Source of the DNA: Oscillospiraceae bacterium
Lineage (GTDB): Bacteria > Bacillota > Clostridia > Oscillospirales > CAG-382
Assembly (NCBI GenBank): GCA_015065225.1
Contig: SVQR01000002.1
Location: forward strand, 1 to 55,584
Reading direction: 5' to 3'
Length of the DNA: 55,584 nt
Shown here: one piece after another, positions 19,043 to 29,519 of the stretch
How positions within the stretch are numbered: the first letter of the stretch is position 1
Layout: every line of letters starts with the position of its first letter
Position numbers and translations under genes: made by a program
The notes under the pieces: generated by a model
Database searches by the model: none
Told to the model about the DNA's origin: nothing
Seen by the model: only the letters and a program-made list of their open reading frames with translations

Positions 19043-20482
19043 TCATAAATTGTCGTACATTTCAAGATACTTTTGTGCCGAAATATCCCACGAAAAATCC
19101 GTTTTCATGGCTACTCTGACCAATTTTGCCCACTTGGTTGTATCATGATAAAGCTCATACGCCGCACGAAGTCTGTCAAGAAGCTCATGAGCATTGTAGT
19201 TTGCGAAGGTAAAACCGTTGCCGTATGCCTTCTTTCCGTCCTCCCAGTAAGGCTTTATGGAATCGTATAATCCGCCTGTTTCACGAACTATCGGAACTGT
19301 ACCGTATCTGGATGCAATCATCTGTGCAAGTCCGCAAGGCTCACTCTTGGAGGGCATGATGAACATATCCGCCGAAGCATAGATCCTCTTTGCAAGATCC
19401 CTGTCATAAGTGATGAGCGCACGAACTTTTTCGGGATAAGCCTCCTCAAGTCCGAGGAAGAAGTTTTCATATTCCTTATCGCCCGTTCCGAGTACCACAA
19501 GCTGTGCCTCGGACTCATTCATAAACTCGCCTATTACGTGCTTTACAAGGTCGATTCCCTTGTGCGATGCAAGACGTGTGATTATTGCGTACATCGGAAC
19601 ATCTCCGCTTTCCGGAAGTCCGACTTCTCTCTGAAGTGCCATTTTGTTGGCAGTCTTCTTGCCGAGGCTTCTGTCTGTGAAGTTACACGCAATAGTCGGG
19701 TCTGTTTTGGGATTGTAAAGCTCTGTATCTATGCCGTTGAGAATACCGCGGAGCTTATACTCGTTCTCACGAAGGATATAGTGAAGTCCGTGTGAGAAAT
19801 CCTGAGTCTTTATTTCTTCCGCATATCTGGGGCTTACGGTGGATACCGCATCCGCACACTGTATTGCACCCTTCATAAGGTTTATGCAGTCACCGTATTC
19901 CATTGTGTTCCTGTCGCTCTCCTCCATATCGAAAACATCACCCAGAATGGCAAAATCATACTTGCCCTGGTATTCGATATTGTGGATGGTAAACACTGTC
20001 TTCATATCGCAGTATCCGGGAAGAGACGCAAACTTTCTCTTTGCATAAACGACGGAAAGAGCCGCCTGCCAGTCATGGGCATGGAGTATATCCGGGAAAA
20101 AGTCTATCTGTGACATCATTATAAGCACAGCCTTGCAGAAGTAAGCATACCTTTCACCGTCATCATAGTGACCGTAAAGAGGACCTCTTTTAAAGTAGAA
20201 CTCATTATCAATGAAATAATAAGTCACACCACCAAGCTCCAGCGATTTTACGCCACAGTAAAGATTTCTCCAAGACAGCGGAACGGTAAATGAACAGATG
20301 AACTTCATCTCCTGCTTGAACTTTTCGCCTATCTTATCATAAAGCGGCATAACGACGCGGATATCAACGTCATCTCCCGCCTTATCCTTCAAAGCCTTCG
20401 GGAGCGATCCGAGGACATCTCCGAGACCGCCTGTAGCCGCAAAGGGCAGTGCCTCCGCACCGACAAATAATATTTTTTTCAT
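19043..20482 (-). CDS. glgA: Glycogen synthase (GT5)
   Basis: 479 aa. N-terminal MKKILFVGAEALPFAATGGLGDV. SD GAAAGGA. Confidence 0.92.
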   Translation of the reverse strand: MKKILFVGAEALPFAATGGLGDVLGSLPKALKDKAGDDVDIRVVMPLYDKIGEKFKQEMKFICSFTVPLSWRNLYCGVKSLELGGVTYYFIDNEFYFKRGPLYGHYDDGERYAYFCKAVLIMMSQIDFFPDILHAHDWQAALSVVYAKRKFASLPGYCDMKTVFTIHNIEYQGKYDFAILGDVFDMEESDRNTMEYGDCINLMKGAIQCADAVSTVSPRYAEEIKTQDFSHGLHYILRENEYKLRGILNGIDTELYNPKTDPTIACNFTDRSLGKKTANKMALQREVGLPESGDVPMYAIITRLASHKGIDLVKHVIGEFMNESEAQLVVLGTGDKEYENFFLGLEEAYPEKVRALITYDRDLAKRIYASADMFIMPSKSEPCGLAQMIASRYGTVPIVRETGGLYDSIKPYWEDGKKAYGNGFTFANYNAHELLDRLRAAYELYHDTTKWAKLVRVAMKTDFSWDISAQKYLEMYDNL

Positions 20483-20544
20483 ATACTATCCTTTCAAATT
20501 ACCAAACATTTTCAATCATAGTTAGTTCCGAATCCCGAATCACC

Positions 20545-21678
20545 TTAAACTCTCGCACCCTTTTCAATAAAGAAAGGCATAGTTTCGTGACCTGAAAGAT
20601 TTCTTCCGTCCTTGATAACAACATTCTTATCCGTGATAACACATCCGAGATTGCAGTTCTCACCGATATAGGTGTCCTGAAGAAGAATACAGTTCTTGAC
20701 AACGGTACCCTTGCCTACCTTTACACCTCTGAAAAGAATGGAATCGTGTACTTCACCCTCAATAACGCATCCGTCCGCAACAAGGGAGTTTGAAACAACA
20801 GCATCCTCGGTATACTTTGCGGGAGCGGAGTTACGCACCTTTGTCATGACAGGTCTGTGCTTGATACCGAAAAGACCTGCACGTACTTCGGGACTCAGAA
20901 GCTGCATACTTGTTGAGAAATACCCCGCAAGTGAGTTGATGCAAGCATAGAATCCGTCAAAATTGTAGCATTTTACAAGTTTCTTCTTCGCCATGACGGA
21001 GAGCACATCCAATGTAAAGGACTTATATCCGTGTGCGAGAGATTCGAGTATGATGCTCTGAAGATTTGTTCTCTTTATAACGAAAATATTCGCAGCGATC
21101 GTCTTTATACCCGTGGTGTTGCTGGTGCTGTCATAGATGGACTTTGCATATCCTTCCTCATCCGGCTCGATGATAGTATACTTTCCCGCATCCTCACCTG
21201 TGATGAACATCTTCTTTGTCACCATGGTAAGCTCTGCTCCGCTCTCCTCATGCTCCTTTATAACCTTTGAAAGATTGATGTTACAGATGATATCGCAGTC
21301 GGAAAGGACAACATAGTCCTCGGTGCAACGGTTAATAAAGTTATTGACTCCTATCATCGCCTCAAGCCTTGTGGAATAGAGCTTGTTTGCGATATTGCTG
21401 TCATATGCCGTGATGAACGGAGGAAGTATCTTTATACCTCCCGAACGTCTTGCAAGATCCCAGTCTTTACCGTTTCCGATGTGGTCAAGGAGCGACTGAT
21501 AATTGTAATGTGTTACTATACCTACTTTATCTATTCCCGAATTCACCATATTGGAAAGAGCAAAGTCAATAAGCCTGTATCTGCATCCGAAGGGAACGGA
21601 AGCCATCGTTCTCTTTCGTGTCATCTCGGTGATGTTTCTGTCATGTATGTTTGAAAATATAAGTCCTACGGCTGTCAT
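20545..21678 (-). CDS. glgD: Glucose-1-phosphate adenylyltransferase, GlgD regulatory subunit
   Basis: 377 aa. Nucleotidyltransferase fold plus a left-handed beta-helix. Lacks the GlgC N-terminal GGxGxRL motif. Sits between glgC and glgA. Confidence 0.85.
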   Translation of the reverse strand: MTAVGLIFSNIHDRNITEMTRKRTMASVPFGCRYRLIDFALSNMVNSGIDKVGIVTHYNYQSLLDHIGNGKDWDLARRSGGIKILPPFITAYDSNIANKLYSTRLEAMIGVNNFINRCTEDYVVLSDCDIICNINLSKVIKEHEESGAELTMVTKKMFITGEDAGKYTIIEPDEEGYAKSIYDSTSNTTGIKTIAANIFVIKRTNLQSIILESLAHGYKSFTLDVLSVMAKKKLVKCYNFDGFYACINSLAGYFSTSMQLLSPEVRAGLFGIKHRPVMTKVRNSAPAKYTEDAVVSNSLVADGCVIEGEVHDSILFRGVKVGKGTVVKNCILLQDTYIGENCNLGCVITDKNVVIKDGRNLSGHETMPFFIEKGARV

Positions 21679-21696
21679 GTCTGTTCACCCTCTCTT

Positions 21697-22881
21697 TCAC
21701 ATTTCGGTAATCATCTCATTGTCGCCGATGATCATACCGTCGGGAACAATGCACTTTTCGCCGATAACGGTAATCCCCTGTGCCGATTCCTTGTTTTTAC
21801 CTATCTGTGCGCCCGCACCTACTTTTACATTACTGTCAATGATGCAATAGTTTACGATCGCACCCGCACCTATCTCAACATCCGACATGATGACGGAATC
21901 AATGACGGTAGCTCCCTTTGCAACCTTTACGCCCGAGCCGAGAACGGAATTCTTGACCTCTCCGTATACCTCACAGCCTTCTGTCAAAAGTGAATTGTCA
22001 ACCTTTGCATCAGCACCGAAAAAATGAGGCGGTCTGCTCTCTGTTCTTGAATATATTCTCCAGCCTTCATCGGAAAGATTGAAATTCGCACTCTTGCCGA
22101 TAAGGTCCATATTTGCTTCCCAGAGACTTGATATTGTTCCGACATCCTTCCAGTATCCGGAGAATTCGTATGCCATCATCTTTTCGCCCTTTGCAAGCAT
22201 TTCGGGAATGATGTTCTTACCGAAGTCATTACAGGAGTCGGGATTCTGATTGTCTGCTTTAAGATAGTCAAACAGCTTATCTTTGGAGAAGATATATATA
22301 CCCATGGATGCCTTTGTGCTGTCCGGTTCCTTTGGCTTTTCGGTAAACTTGTAGATAGATCCGTCATCGTTCACGCTCATAATACCGAATCTGGAAGCCT
22401 CCTCAAGCGGAACATCAAGCACTGCGATGGTACACGCCGCATCATTCTCCTTATGATACTCCAGCATCTTGGAATAGTCCATCTTGTATATATGGTCACC
22501 GGAAAGGATAAGTACGTAATCCGGATCGAACTTGTCTATAAACTCAAGGTTCTGGAAGATGGCATTCGCCGTACCCTTGTACCAGTCGGAACGCTCCTTT
22601 CCCTGATACGGGGGAAGAATGGATGCACCGCCGAAATATCTGTCAAGATCCCACGGAAGACCGTTTCCTATATATTCGTTAAGCACAAGCGGCTGATACT
22701 GTGTAAGCACACCCACCGTGTCAACACCAGAGTTGATACAGTTGGAAAGCGGGAAATCTATTATCCTGTACTTTCCGCCGAACTGTACGGCAGGCTTTGC
22801 CACCTTGCTCGTCAAAGCGTAGAGTCTGCTTCCCTGCCCGCCCGCAAGCAGCATCGCCACGCATTCCTTTTTTCTGAACAT
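21697..22881 (-). CDS. glgC: Glucose-1-phosphate adenylyltransferase catalytic subunit
   Basis: 394 aa. [22 protein letters not shown] and [14 protein letters not shown] motifs. SD AGGAG. Confidence 0.92.
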   Translation of the reverse strand: MFRKKECVAMLLAGGQGSRLYALTSKVAKPAVQFGGKYRIIDFPLSNCINSGVDTVGVLTQYQPLVLNEYIGNGLPWDLDRYFGGASILPPYQGKERSDWYKGTANAIFQNLEFIDKFDPDYVLILSGDHIYKMDYSKMLEYHKENDAACTIAVLDVPLEEASRFGIMSVNDDGSIYKFTEKPKEPDSTKASMGIYIFSKDKLFDYLKADNQNPDSCNDFGKNIIPEMLAKGEKMMAYEFSGYWKDVGTISSLWEANMDLIGKSANFNLSDEGWRIYSRTESRPPHFFGADAKVDNSLLTEGCEVYGEVKNSVLGSGVKVAKGATVIDSVIMSDVEIGAGAIVNYCIIDSNVKVGAGAQIGKNKESAQGITVIGEKCIVPDGMIIGDNEMITEM

Positions 22882-22965
22882 TAAACATTACTCCTGTCTT
22901 ATACCTTTTCGGTATTTATTTATATGTTTGACGGAAGACCTTGCTCCCGTGCTTATTGCCAAATA

Positions 22966-24948
22966 TTATTTCGCCTTTCCCGAAGCTCTCGGACGTACAC
23001 TTGTCACGACCTTTTTCTTGGGCTTCTCACTCTGTTTTTTGACCGCTCTCTTCTTGGGTGCAGCAACTCTTTTTGCCTCGAATATCATTCCGGAAAGTCC
23101 CGGAAGATCCACCGTAAGGCTGTATTCCCTGCCGTCATAAGCATCGTTCTCTGTCTTTATCGGAGCGAGCTTCCCTTTTTTACGTCCCGTATATTTCTCA
23201 TCATCCGAATCAAGGATGCAGCTGCACATCGCCTCATAAGGAACTCCTATCTTGAAGCCGGGACGTGCCACGGGAGTGAAATTCACGACGCACAAAAGTC
23301 CGTCTCCGCTCTTGTTGTACCTCATGTAGGCAATAACTCCTGAATCACGGTTGTTTGCCATCATCCAGTCAAAGCCTGCCCAGGAATCGTCCTGCTCCCA
23401 GAGCTCGCATCTTGAAAGGTAGAGATTATTTATATCCGCAGTAAACTGCTGTATCCTTCTGTGATTGTCATATTGCAAAAGGAACCATTCAACACTGTCT
23501 TCGTAATTCCATTCGGTGAACTGTCCTATCTCGTTGCCCATGAAATTAAGCTTTTTGCCCGGATGTGTCATCATATACACCATAAAGGCACGCGTGCCGG
23601 AAAATTTGTCATCATATTCGCCCGGCATTCTGTCAAGCAAAGACTTTTTACCGTGTACAACCTCATCATGGGATATAGGTAGTATGAACCGTTCGGAAAA
23701 AGCATATGTCAGAGAGAATGTCAATTTATTGTGACTGCCCTTTCTGAAAAGCGGATCAAGCTCACAGTAGGAAAGGATATCATTCATCCATCCCATGTTC
23801 CATTTGTAATCAAATCCGAGACCGCCGTTTTCATATCCGGTTATCTGTACCGATGCCGCCGATTCCTCGGCTATCATCATAACATCCGGATACTCCCTTT
23901 TCATATAGTCATTGAGCTTACCGAAGAATGCCGTAGCCTCAAGACATATATTTGTTCCGTATACATTCGGCACCCATTCTCCCGGTCTCTTGTCGTAATC
24001 AAGATAAAGCATTGACGCTACCGCATCCACTCTCAGACCGTCGGCATGATATACCTCTGTCCAGAACGCCGCACTTGATATAAGAAAGCTCTCGACTTCA
24101 TTTCTTCCGAGATCAAAACGTCTTGTCCCCCAGCCTTCATGCTCCATTCTGTCATGTCCCTGATATTCGTAAAGCGGCTTACCGTCAAATTCATAAAGTC
24201 CGTGTGCATCCTTCGGGAAATGGGCAGGCACCCAGTCAAGTATAACGCCAATTCCCGCTTTGTGCATCTCATCGACAAAATACATAAAATCCTTAGGTGT
24301 CCCGAATCGTGATGTGGGTGCGAAGAACCCGGTCACCTGATAACCCCAGGAACCGCCGAAAGGATGCTCCATCACGGGCAGAAGCTCGATATGGGTATAT
24401 CCCATCTGTTTTACATATGGTGCAAGCTCGGACGCAAGCTCTCTGTAGGTATAAGGATCGCCGTTCTCCTTCTTTTTCCAGGATTCAAGGTGCATCTCGT
24501 AGATGTTCATCGGTACGGAATACTTCTTTTCGGAAAACAGCTTCTTTCTGCTGTCCATCCAGTCAGAGTCATGCCATTCATACCCGGACACATCGTAAAC
24601 CTTTGATGCCGTAAGAGGAGGAGTCTCGGTATGGAAAGCATAAGGATCGGCTTTATAAAGCACTCTGCCGCCGTTTACTATCCTGTACTTGTAGCAGTCA
24701 TAAATCTTAACGCCTTCAACAAGAGCTTCCCATATACCTCCGCTGCATCTGCGCATGGGGATACCTTCCTCCCAATCCGCAAAATCTCCGCAGACGGAAA
24801 CGGTATCCGCATTGGGTGCCCACACTCTGAAGACACAGACCTCCTTGCCGTCTGACACATCAAAATGCGATCCGAGATATAAATATGCCTTGAAATTAGT
24901 TCCCTGATTAAAAAGATAGGGCGCAACATCGTTTTTCCTTGAAACCAT
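22966..24948 (-). CDS. glgB: 1,4-alpha-glucan branching enzyme (GH13_9) with a lysine-rich C-terminal tail
   Basis: 660 aa. GH13 motifs DWVPAHF, GLRVDAV, AEESA and SHDEVVHGK. C-terminal tail of about 36 aa rich in K/R. Confidence 0.92.
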   Translation of the reverse strand: MVSRKNDVAPYLFNQGTNFKAYLYLGSHFDVSDGKEVCVFRVWAPNADTVSVCGDFADWEEGIPMRRCSGGIWEALVEGVKIYDCYKYRIVNGGRVLYKADPYAFHTETPPLTASKVYDVSGYEWHDSDWMDSRKKLFSEKKYSVPMNIYEMHLESWKKKENGDPYTYRELASELAPYVKQMGYTHIELLPVMEHPFGGSWGYQVTGFFAPTSRFGTPKDFMYFVDEMHKAGIGVILDWVPAHFPKDAHGLYEFDGKPLYEYQGHDRMEHEGWGTRRFDLGRNEVESFLISSAAFWTEVYHADGLRVDAVASMLYLDYDKRPGEWVPNVYGTNICLEATAFFGKLNDYMKREYPDVMMIAEESAASVQITGYENGGLGFDYKWNMGWMNDILSYCELDPLFRKGSHNKLTFSLTYAFSERFILPISHDEVVHGKKSLLDRMPGEYDDKFSGTRAFMVYMMTHPGKKLNFMGNEIGQFTEWNYEDSVEWFLLQYDNHRRIQQFTADINNLYLSRCELWEQDDSWAGFDWMMANNRDSGVIAYMRYNKSGDGLLCVVNFTPVARPGFKIGVPYEAMCSCILDSDDEKYTGRKKGKLAPIKTENDAYDGREYSLTVDLPGLSGMIFEAKRVAAPKKRAVKKQSEKPKKKVVTSVRPRASGKAK

Positions 24949-25014
24949 AACGATCCTTTCGCATAAAAAACAAGTACAAATTCAATTTTCAATAAATACA
25001 ATTACTCTTTATAT

Positions 25015-25043
25015 ATTATACACCCATTTTAGTTAAAATTCAA
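25015..25043 (-). promoter_or_regulatory. SigA-type promoter of the glycogen operon
   Basis: Minus strand: TTGAAT (25043-25038), 17-nt spacer, TGtTATAAT (TATAAT at 25020-25015). About 60 nt upstream of the glgB ATG. Confidence 0.6.
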
Positions 25044-25159
25044 TAGTAAAAATAGATAAAAATAAGATAATAATGGTAAAAACAAACAATTTTTTGCAAA
25101 CTTTGCCAAAGGTATAACAAATAATATGCACCATCGGCGAAAAATATTCCATAAAGGCA

Positions 25160-25190
25160 TAAAAAAGCGACCCGGAAGTTACCGAGCCGC
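25160..25190 (-). terminator. Rho-independent terminator of pfkA
   Basis: Minus strand: 9-bp stem gcggctcgg/ccgggtcgc (two G-U pairs), followed by TTTTTT. Confidence 0.65.
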
Positions 25191-25208
25191 CGTAAAATAT
25201 TCCGTTTA

Positions 25209-26276
25209 TCAGATGGATATGCTGTTGCCGAGTTCATAAAGCTCAACGAATTTATCTCTCTTGATCTTAGCAAGAGCTACCATTTCTTCATAAACCTTGG
25301 GATCGAGCTTTGCAATTTCCTCAGGCTTAGCCTTGCCCTTGTAAACTCTGTCATACATAAGAGCCCATTCGATATCCTTTTCACTTATAACACCGTCTGT
25401 TTCGGTAACTATAAGGTTGGACTTTCCTTCAAGAAGAAGCTCAACCGCATGGGCACCCATTCTGCTTGCGGCAACTCTGTCGCGAAGAGTGGGACGTCCG
25501 CCTCTCTGAACGTGAGCAAGTCTTGCAAACTTTGTCTCAACACCGGTCTCTGCCTCTATCTTTTTTGCAAGAGCTTCACCGAATTCACCGCCCATACCTT
25601 CGGATACGATAATGATGAAGTTTCTCTTCTTGTATGTCTTTGCGAGCTTTATTTTTTCAAGCACAGCAGCCTCATCAAAGGGGATCTCCTTTACCGCACA
25701 GCCTGTTGCACCTGTGGCGATAGCGGTATTGACCGCAATATAACCCGCATCTCTGCCCATTACCTCAACGACATTGCATCTTGCGTGGGATTCACAGGTA
25801 TCTCTGAGTCTGTCAACCATCTCTATTACCGTGTTCATAGCCGTATCAAAGCCAACCGTATAATCAGATGAGGATACATCATTGTCGATAGTACCGGTAA
25901 CACCGATGCAGGGAAGTCCTCTTCTGGACATATCCTGAGCACCTCTGAAGGTACCGTCGCCACCGATACATACAAGACCGTCTATCTTATTCTCTGCCGC
26001 AACCTTCAGAGCCTTCTGCATTCCGGCTTCTTCCTTGAATTCAAGACATCTGTCGGTATAAAGGAATGTGCCGCCTTCGTTTATTATATTTGAAACGTCA
26101 TGGGGACCGAGAAGCTTCATATCATTTTCTATAAGACCTCTGTAACCGCCCTGGATGCCCATTACCTCAACGCAGTTCTGAAGTGCGGTTCTTACAACGC
26201 TTCTTACCGCCGCATTCATTCCGGGAGCATCGCCGCCGGAGGTAAGTACACCGATTCTCTTAAACTTTCTTTCCAT
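25209..26276 (-). CDS. pfkA: ATP-dependent 6-phosphofructokinase
   Basis: ATG at 26276 with GGAAAGGAAA upstream (the track start at 26294 is a TTG). Motifs GVLTSGGDAPGMNAA, IGGDGT, TIDND and MGR. Confidence 0.92.
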   Translation of the reverse strand: MERKFKRIGVLTSGGDAPGMNAAVRSVVRTALQNCVEVMGIQGGYRGLIENDMKLLGPHDVSNIINEGGTFLYTDRCLEFKEEAGMQKALKVAAENKIDGLVCIGGDGTFRGAQDMSRRGLPCIGVTGTIDNDVSSSDYTVGFDTAMNTVIEMVDRLRDTCESHARCNVVEVMGRDAGYIAVNTAIATGATGCAVKEIPFDEAAVLEKIKLAKTYKKRNFIIIVSEGMGGEFGEALAKKIEAETGVETKFARLAHVQRGGRPTLRDRVAASRMGAHAVELLLEGKSNLIVTETDGVISEKDIEWALMYDRVYKGKAKPEEIAKLDPKVYEEMVALAKIKRDKFVELYELGNSISI

Positions 26277-26359
26277 AGTGTTTCCTTTCCGCAATTGGGA
26301 TTACCATGCTGATATATGATTGAGATTTTTTTAACAATGTTAAAGGATATACTGAAGTT

Positions 26360-26388
26360 ATTGTAATACAATTTCGCAAAAATTTCAA
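26360..26388 (-). promoter_or_regulatory. SigA-type promoter of pfkA
   Basis: Minus strand: TTGAAA (26388-26383), 17-nt spacer, TACAAT (26365-26360). Confidence 0.55.
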
Positions 26389-26648
26389 GTCTTTCCCAAA
26401 GAAAAAGCCGCCATAAGATTTAAACTTTGTGTGAACATTTGCCGTTTGCTGATATATTTCCCTCTTTTTATCATAAAGATACATCCATCGCACCAAAACG
26501 TTCTCCGGGACTTTCGCTTGTCCAAAGCCTTGTCTCACGCTGTTTTGAGCTTTTGTTGCATTTTAACATCAGCAAACATTTATTTGGCATTTTAACCAAA
26601 ATACAAGCTCTACTTTTTGTTATTCTGCAACAACTTGCCATTTTTGTA

Positions 26649-26677
26649 TTGACAATGTGACATTTTAATGGTAAAAT
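26649..26677 (+). promoter_or_regulatory. SigA-type promoter of the DeoR-family regulator gene
   Basis: TTGACA (26649-26654), 17-nt spacer, TGgTAAAAT (TAAAAT at 26672-26677). Leader of about 120 nt. Confidence 0.55.
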
Positions 26678-26799
26678 AGCCATAAACCATCGGTTTTCGG
26701 GAAAACTTTTTCCTATCAACCGTTTTTCAATAAGCATTATTACCGTTTATCTTCTCTGTGTTTCTCTGAAAATTACCTAAAAAGAAAGGATAAAAGATC

Positions 26800-27669
26800 A
26801 TGAAGGCCGCAAGAAGACAGCTGATCGCAGAGCTTATCCAGGCGCAACCCTTTATATCCCTCAAGGAGCTTGAAGAGAGATTCCCCGATGTCACCAGTAT
26901 GACTCTTCGTCGGGATATCGAATATTTTGAAAAACAAGGTGAGCTTATAAAAGTAAGAGGCGGAGCAAGATCCATGAAGTTCATAACCTCCACCTCCGAT
27001 GACGGATACGCCGAACGTGAAAAGGAAAACTACAATTCCAAGGTCGCCATTGCCACAAAGTCGCTGATGTTCATCGAAAAGGGAAAATCCTACTTTATAG
27101 ATTCCGGGACGACAACAATGCGTCTTGCGGAGCTGATTCCCGATGAGCATATGACAATAACCACGCCCGGTCCGAACATCGCCCTTGAGCTTGCAAAAAA
27201 GCAACATCCGATAATTAATCTTGTGGGCGGGATAGTAAATCGTGAGAGCATTTCCGTCACGGGAAGCATGGCAATAGATTTTCTGTCGGACATAAATATA
27301 GATGTCGCATTTATCGCACCTTCCGGTTATTCACAGAACAACGGATTTTCCTGCGGCAATTATGCGGAGAGCGAGCTGAAAAACTTCATTGTCAAAAAGG
27401 CGCGCACCGTTATAATGCTTATGGACACATCCAAGCTTGACAAGAATCTTCCGTATACCTTCTGCCGCCTTTCCGATATAGATATCCTCATTACAGACAA
27501 GAGCATCCCGGTATCCTTCCTTGATACTGCGGCGTATCCGGAGCTTCGCGTTGTGGTGTGTGCGGATAAGGAGAAGATATCCAGGGATATGACAACCAAG
27601 TGCCTTACAAAGGAAGAACTTGAGCTGCTTAAAATGAAGCAGGAAAATACAGCCACAGGTATTCAATGA
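26800..27669 (+). CDS. DeoR-family transcriptional regulator (HTH plus DeoR-C sugar-phosphate sensor domain)
   Basis: 289 aa. N-terminal winged HTH (ISLKELEERFPDVTSMTLRRDIEYFEKQG). DeoR-C-like body. Divergent from pfkA. Confidence 0.8.
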   Translation: MKAARRQLIAELIQAQPFISLKELEERFPDVTSMTLRRDIEYFEKQGELIKVRGGARSMKFITSTSDDGYAEREKENYNSKVAIATKSLMFIEKGKSYFIDSGTTTMRLAELIPDEHMTITTPGPNIALELAKKQHPIINLVGGIVNRESISVTGSMAIDFLSDINIDVAFIAPSGYSQNNGFSCGNYAESELKNFIVKKARTVIMLMDTSKLDKNLPYTFCRLSDIDILITDKSIPVSFLDTAAYPELRVVVCADKEKISRDMTTKCLTKEELELLKMKQENTATGIQ

Positions 27670-27678
27670 CAATTATAT

Positions 27679-27714
27679 GATCTCCGTCGGAATTTATGGC
27701 GGAGGTCTTTTGTT
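27679..27714 (+). terminator. Rho-independent terminator after the DeoR gene (first of two)
   Basis: 10-bp stem gatctccgtc/ggcggaggtc (two G-U pairs), then TTTTGTT. Confidence 0.6.
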
Positions 27715-27728
27715 CATATACGACTACT

Positions 27729-27760
27729 CTCCCGACACATCATCTTCGGGAGTTTTCTTT
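27729..27760 (+). terminator. Second tandem terminator hairpin
   Basis: 7-bp stem ctcccga/tcgggag, then TTTTCTTT. Confidence 0.5.
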
Positions 27761-27852
27761 ATATTTTAACAATTTGTTGATTAATGCGAGAATTACTTGT
27801 GATATAATATATTCTGTATGATTATTTCACTTTTTAAGAAGGAATTCAAAAA

Positions 27853-28605
27853 ATGATATACGGAAATACAATGGCATCCGTCTACGACGCTCTCAATGAC
27901 GGAATAGATACCGGTGCGTGGGCAGACTTTATCTGCTCGGCTCTGGAAAAGTATTCGGATCGCCCGGTTAACAGGATATGCGAGATAGCCTGCGGAACGG
28001 GAAGCATGGCAATAGAGCTGTCAAAGCGAGGCTATGACGTCACAGCTTCCGACCTGTCTGTTGAGATGCTCACCGAGGCGGAGCATAAGGCACGGAATGA
28101 GAACGCAAATGTAAGATTCGTTTCGGCGGATATGCGAAATTTCTCTCTTTATACCAAAGCCGATGCGATACTCTGCCTTCTTGACAGCATGAACTATCTT
28201 ACAAAGCCATCGGACTTCTCGGCGGCACTCAAAAGCGTACATAAGAATCTTGCCGACGGAGGTATATTCCTGTTCGATATAAACTCAAAAAGAAAATTCG
28301 AGAATACCTACGGCGACAATGCGTACGTCATAGAAAACGAGGGTGTACTTTGCGCATGGCAGAATTTCTATAATCCGAAAACAAAGATCTGCGATTTTTA
28401 TCTTTCCATCTTCACGGAGAATGATGACGGAAGCTACGAAAGAACAGACGAGCATCAGCGCGAAAGGATGTATACCGTAAGAAGTGTAAAAAAGATGCTT
28501 GCCGACAACGGTTTTGAGATATGCGGCATCTTCTCGGATTATGATTTCACGGAAAACGATGAGGACAATTGCGAACGTCTCTATATCACAGCAAAAAAGA
28601 TATAA
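27853..28605 (+). CDS. Class I SAM-dependent methyltransferase
   Basis: 250 aa. Motif I ICEIACGTGSMAIEL, followed by DVTASDLS. An extended -10 (TGaTATAAT, ends at 27808) lies upstream. Confidence 0.8.
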   Translation: MIYGNTMASVYDALNDGIDTGAWADFICSALEKYSDRPVNRICEIACGTGSMAIELSKRGYDVTASDLSVEMLTEAEHKARNENANVRFVSADMRNFSLYTKADAILCLLDSMNYLTKPSDFSAALKSVHKNLADGGIFLFDINSKRKFENTYGDNAYVIENEGVLCAWQNFYNPKTKICDFYLSIFTENDDGSYERTDEHQRERMYTVRSVKKMLADNGFEICGIFSDYDFTENDEDNCERLYITAKKI

Positions 28606-28627
28606 CCAACATAAAGGATGATACAAA

Positions 28628-29509
28628 ATGAAACAGAATACCATAACAAGAGCAATGACAAGATGCGGAAACGCAAGAATACTTATAATCAACTCAAAAG
28701 AGATGGTAAACGATGCGATAGACATCCATCACCTCTCCCCCACCTGTGCTGCGGCACTGGGAAGAACACTTACGGCGGCGTCTCTTATAGGCGTAATGCT
28801 CAAAAACAAAGAGGACAGTGCGACACTCACCTTTGACGGTGACGGTGTATGCGGAAAGCTCATCGCCACAAGTGACTACTACGGCAACGTAAAGGGCTGT
28901 GCGGAAAATCCCACAGCGGATCTTCCCGTAAACGCAAAGGGCAAGCTTGATGTTGCAGGTGCTGTAGGACATGGAAATATGTACATTATCCGTGACTGCG
29001 GCGAGGGTGAGCCTTATGTGGGCATGATCCCGATAGTTTCGGGTGAGATTGCGGAGGATATAACCGAGTATTACGCAAAGAGCGAGCAGATACCCACCGT
29101 TTGTGCTCTCGGTGTACTTATCGGCACGGATTACAAGGCAATAAGTGCGGGCGGTGTACTGATACAGCTTCTCCCCGGTGCGGAGGATGAGTTTATTGAC
29201 AGGCTCTCCGAACGTGTTCCGATGCTTTCCAATGTATCCCATATGTTCAGTGAAGGGAAGTCCAATGAAGAGCTGCTCAAAGAGATCATGGGCGATATTG
29301 AAATAGACATATTCGATGAGATCGACTGCTCATATCACTGCGACTGCTCAAGCGAAAGAGTGGAAAAGGCTCTCGTGTCTCTCGGCAAAAAAGAGCTTGA
29401 GGACATCATCAGCGACGGCAAGCCCATTGATGTGGGATGCCAGTTCTGCGGAAAGAAGTATACATTTACAACGGACGATATGAAAGAGCTTTACGAAAAG
29501 GCAAAATGA
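28628..29509 (+). CDS. hslO: Hsp33-family redox-regulated chaperone
   Basis: 293 aa. C-terminal zinc centre (CSYHCDCS ... GCQFCGKKY). Confidence 0.88.
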   Translation: MKQNTITRAMTRCGNARILIINSKEMVNDAIDIHHLSPTCAAALGRTLTAASLIGVMLKNKEDSATLTFDGDGVCGKLIATSDYYGNVKGCAENPTADLPVNAKGKLDVAGAVGHGNMYIIRDCGEGEPYVGMIPIVSGEIAEDITEYYAKSEQIPTVCALGVLIGTDYKAISAGGVLIQLLPGAEDEFIDRLSERVPMLSNVSHMFSEGKSNEELLKEIMGDIEIDIFDEIDCSYHCDCSSERVEKALVSLGKKELEDIISDGKPIDVGCQFCGKKYTFTTDDMKELYEKAK

Positions 29510-29519
29510 TCGGAGCAAT

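Noticed and set aside
26295-26648. The pfkA-deoR divergent intergenic region of about 500 bp, with ORFs of 77-92 aa on both strands.
   Set aside because: None of these ORFs has an SD or a recognisable motif, and they overlap each other. The region is adequately explained by two divergent promoters with long leaders.
26691-26727. Two alternative weak hairpins, each followed by T5, in the DeoR leader, considered as a possible attenuator or riboswitch.
   Set aside because: The stems are only 5-6 bp and AU-rich, and one has a 2-nt loop. I recognise no conserved riboswitch or T-box motif. The evidence is too weak to call.
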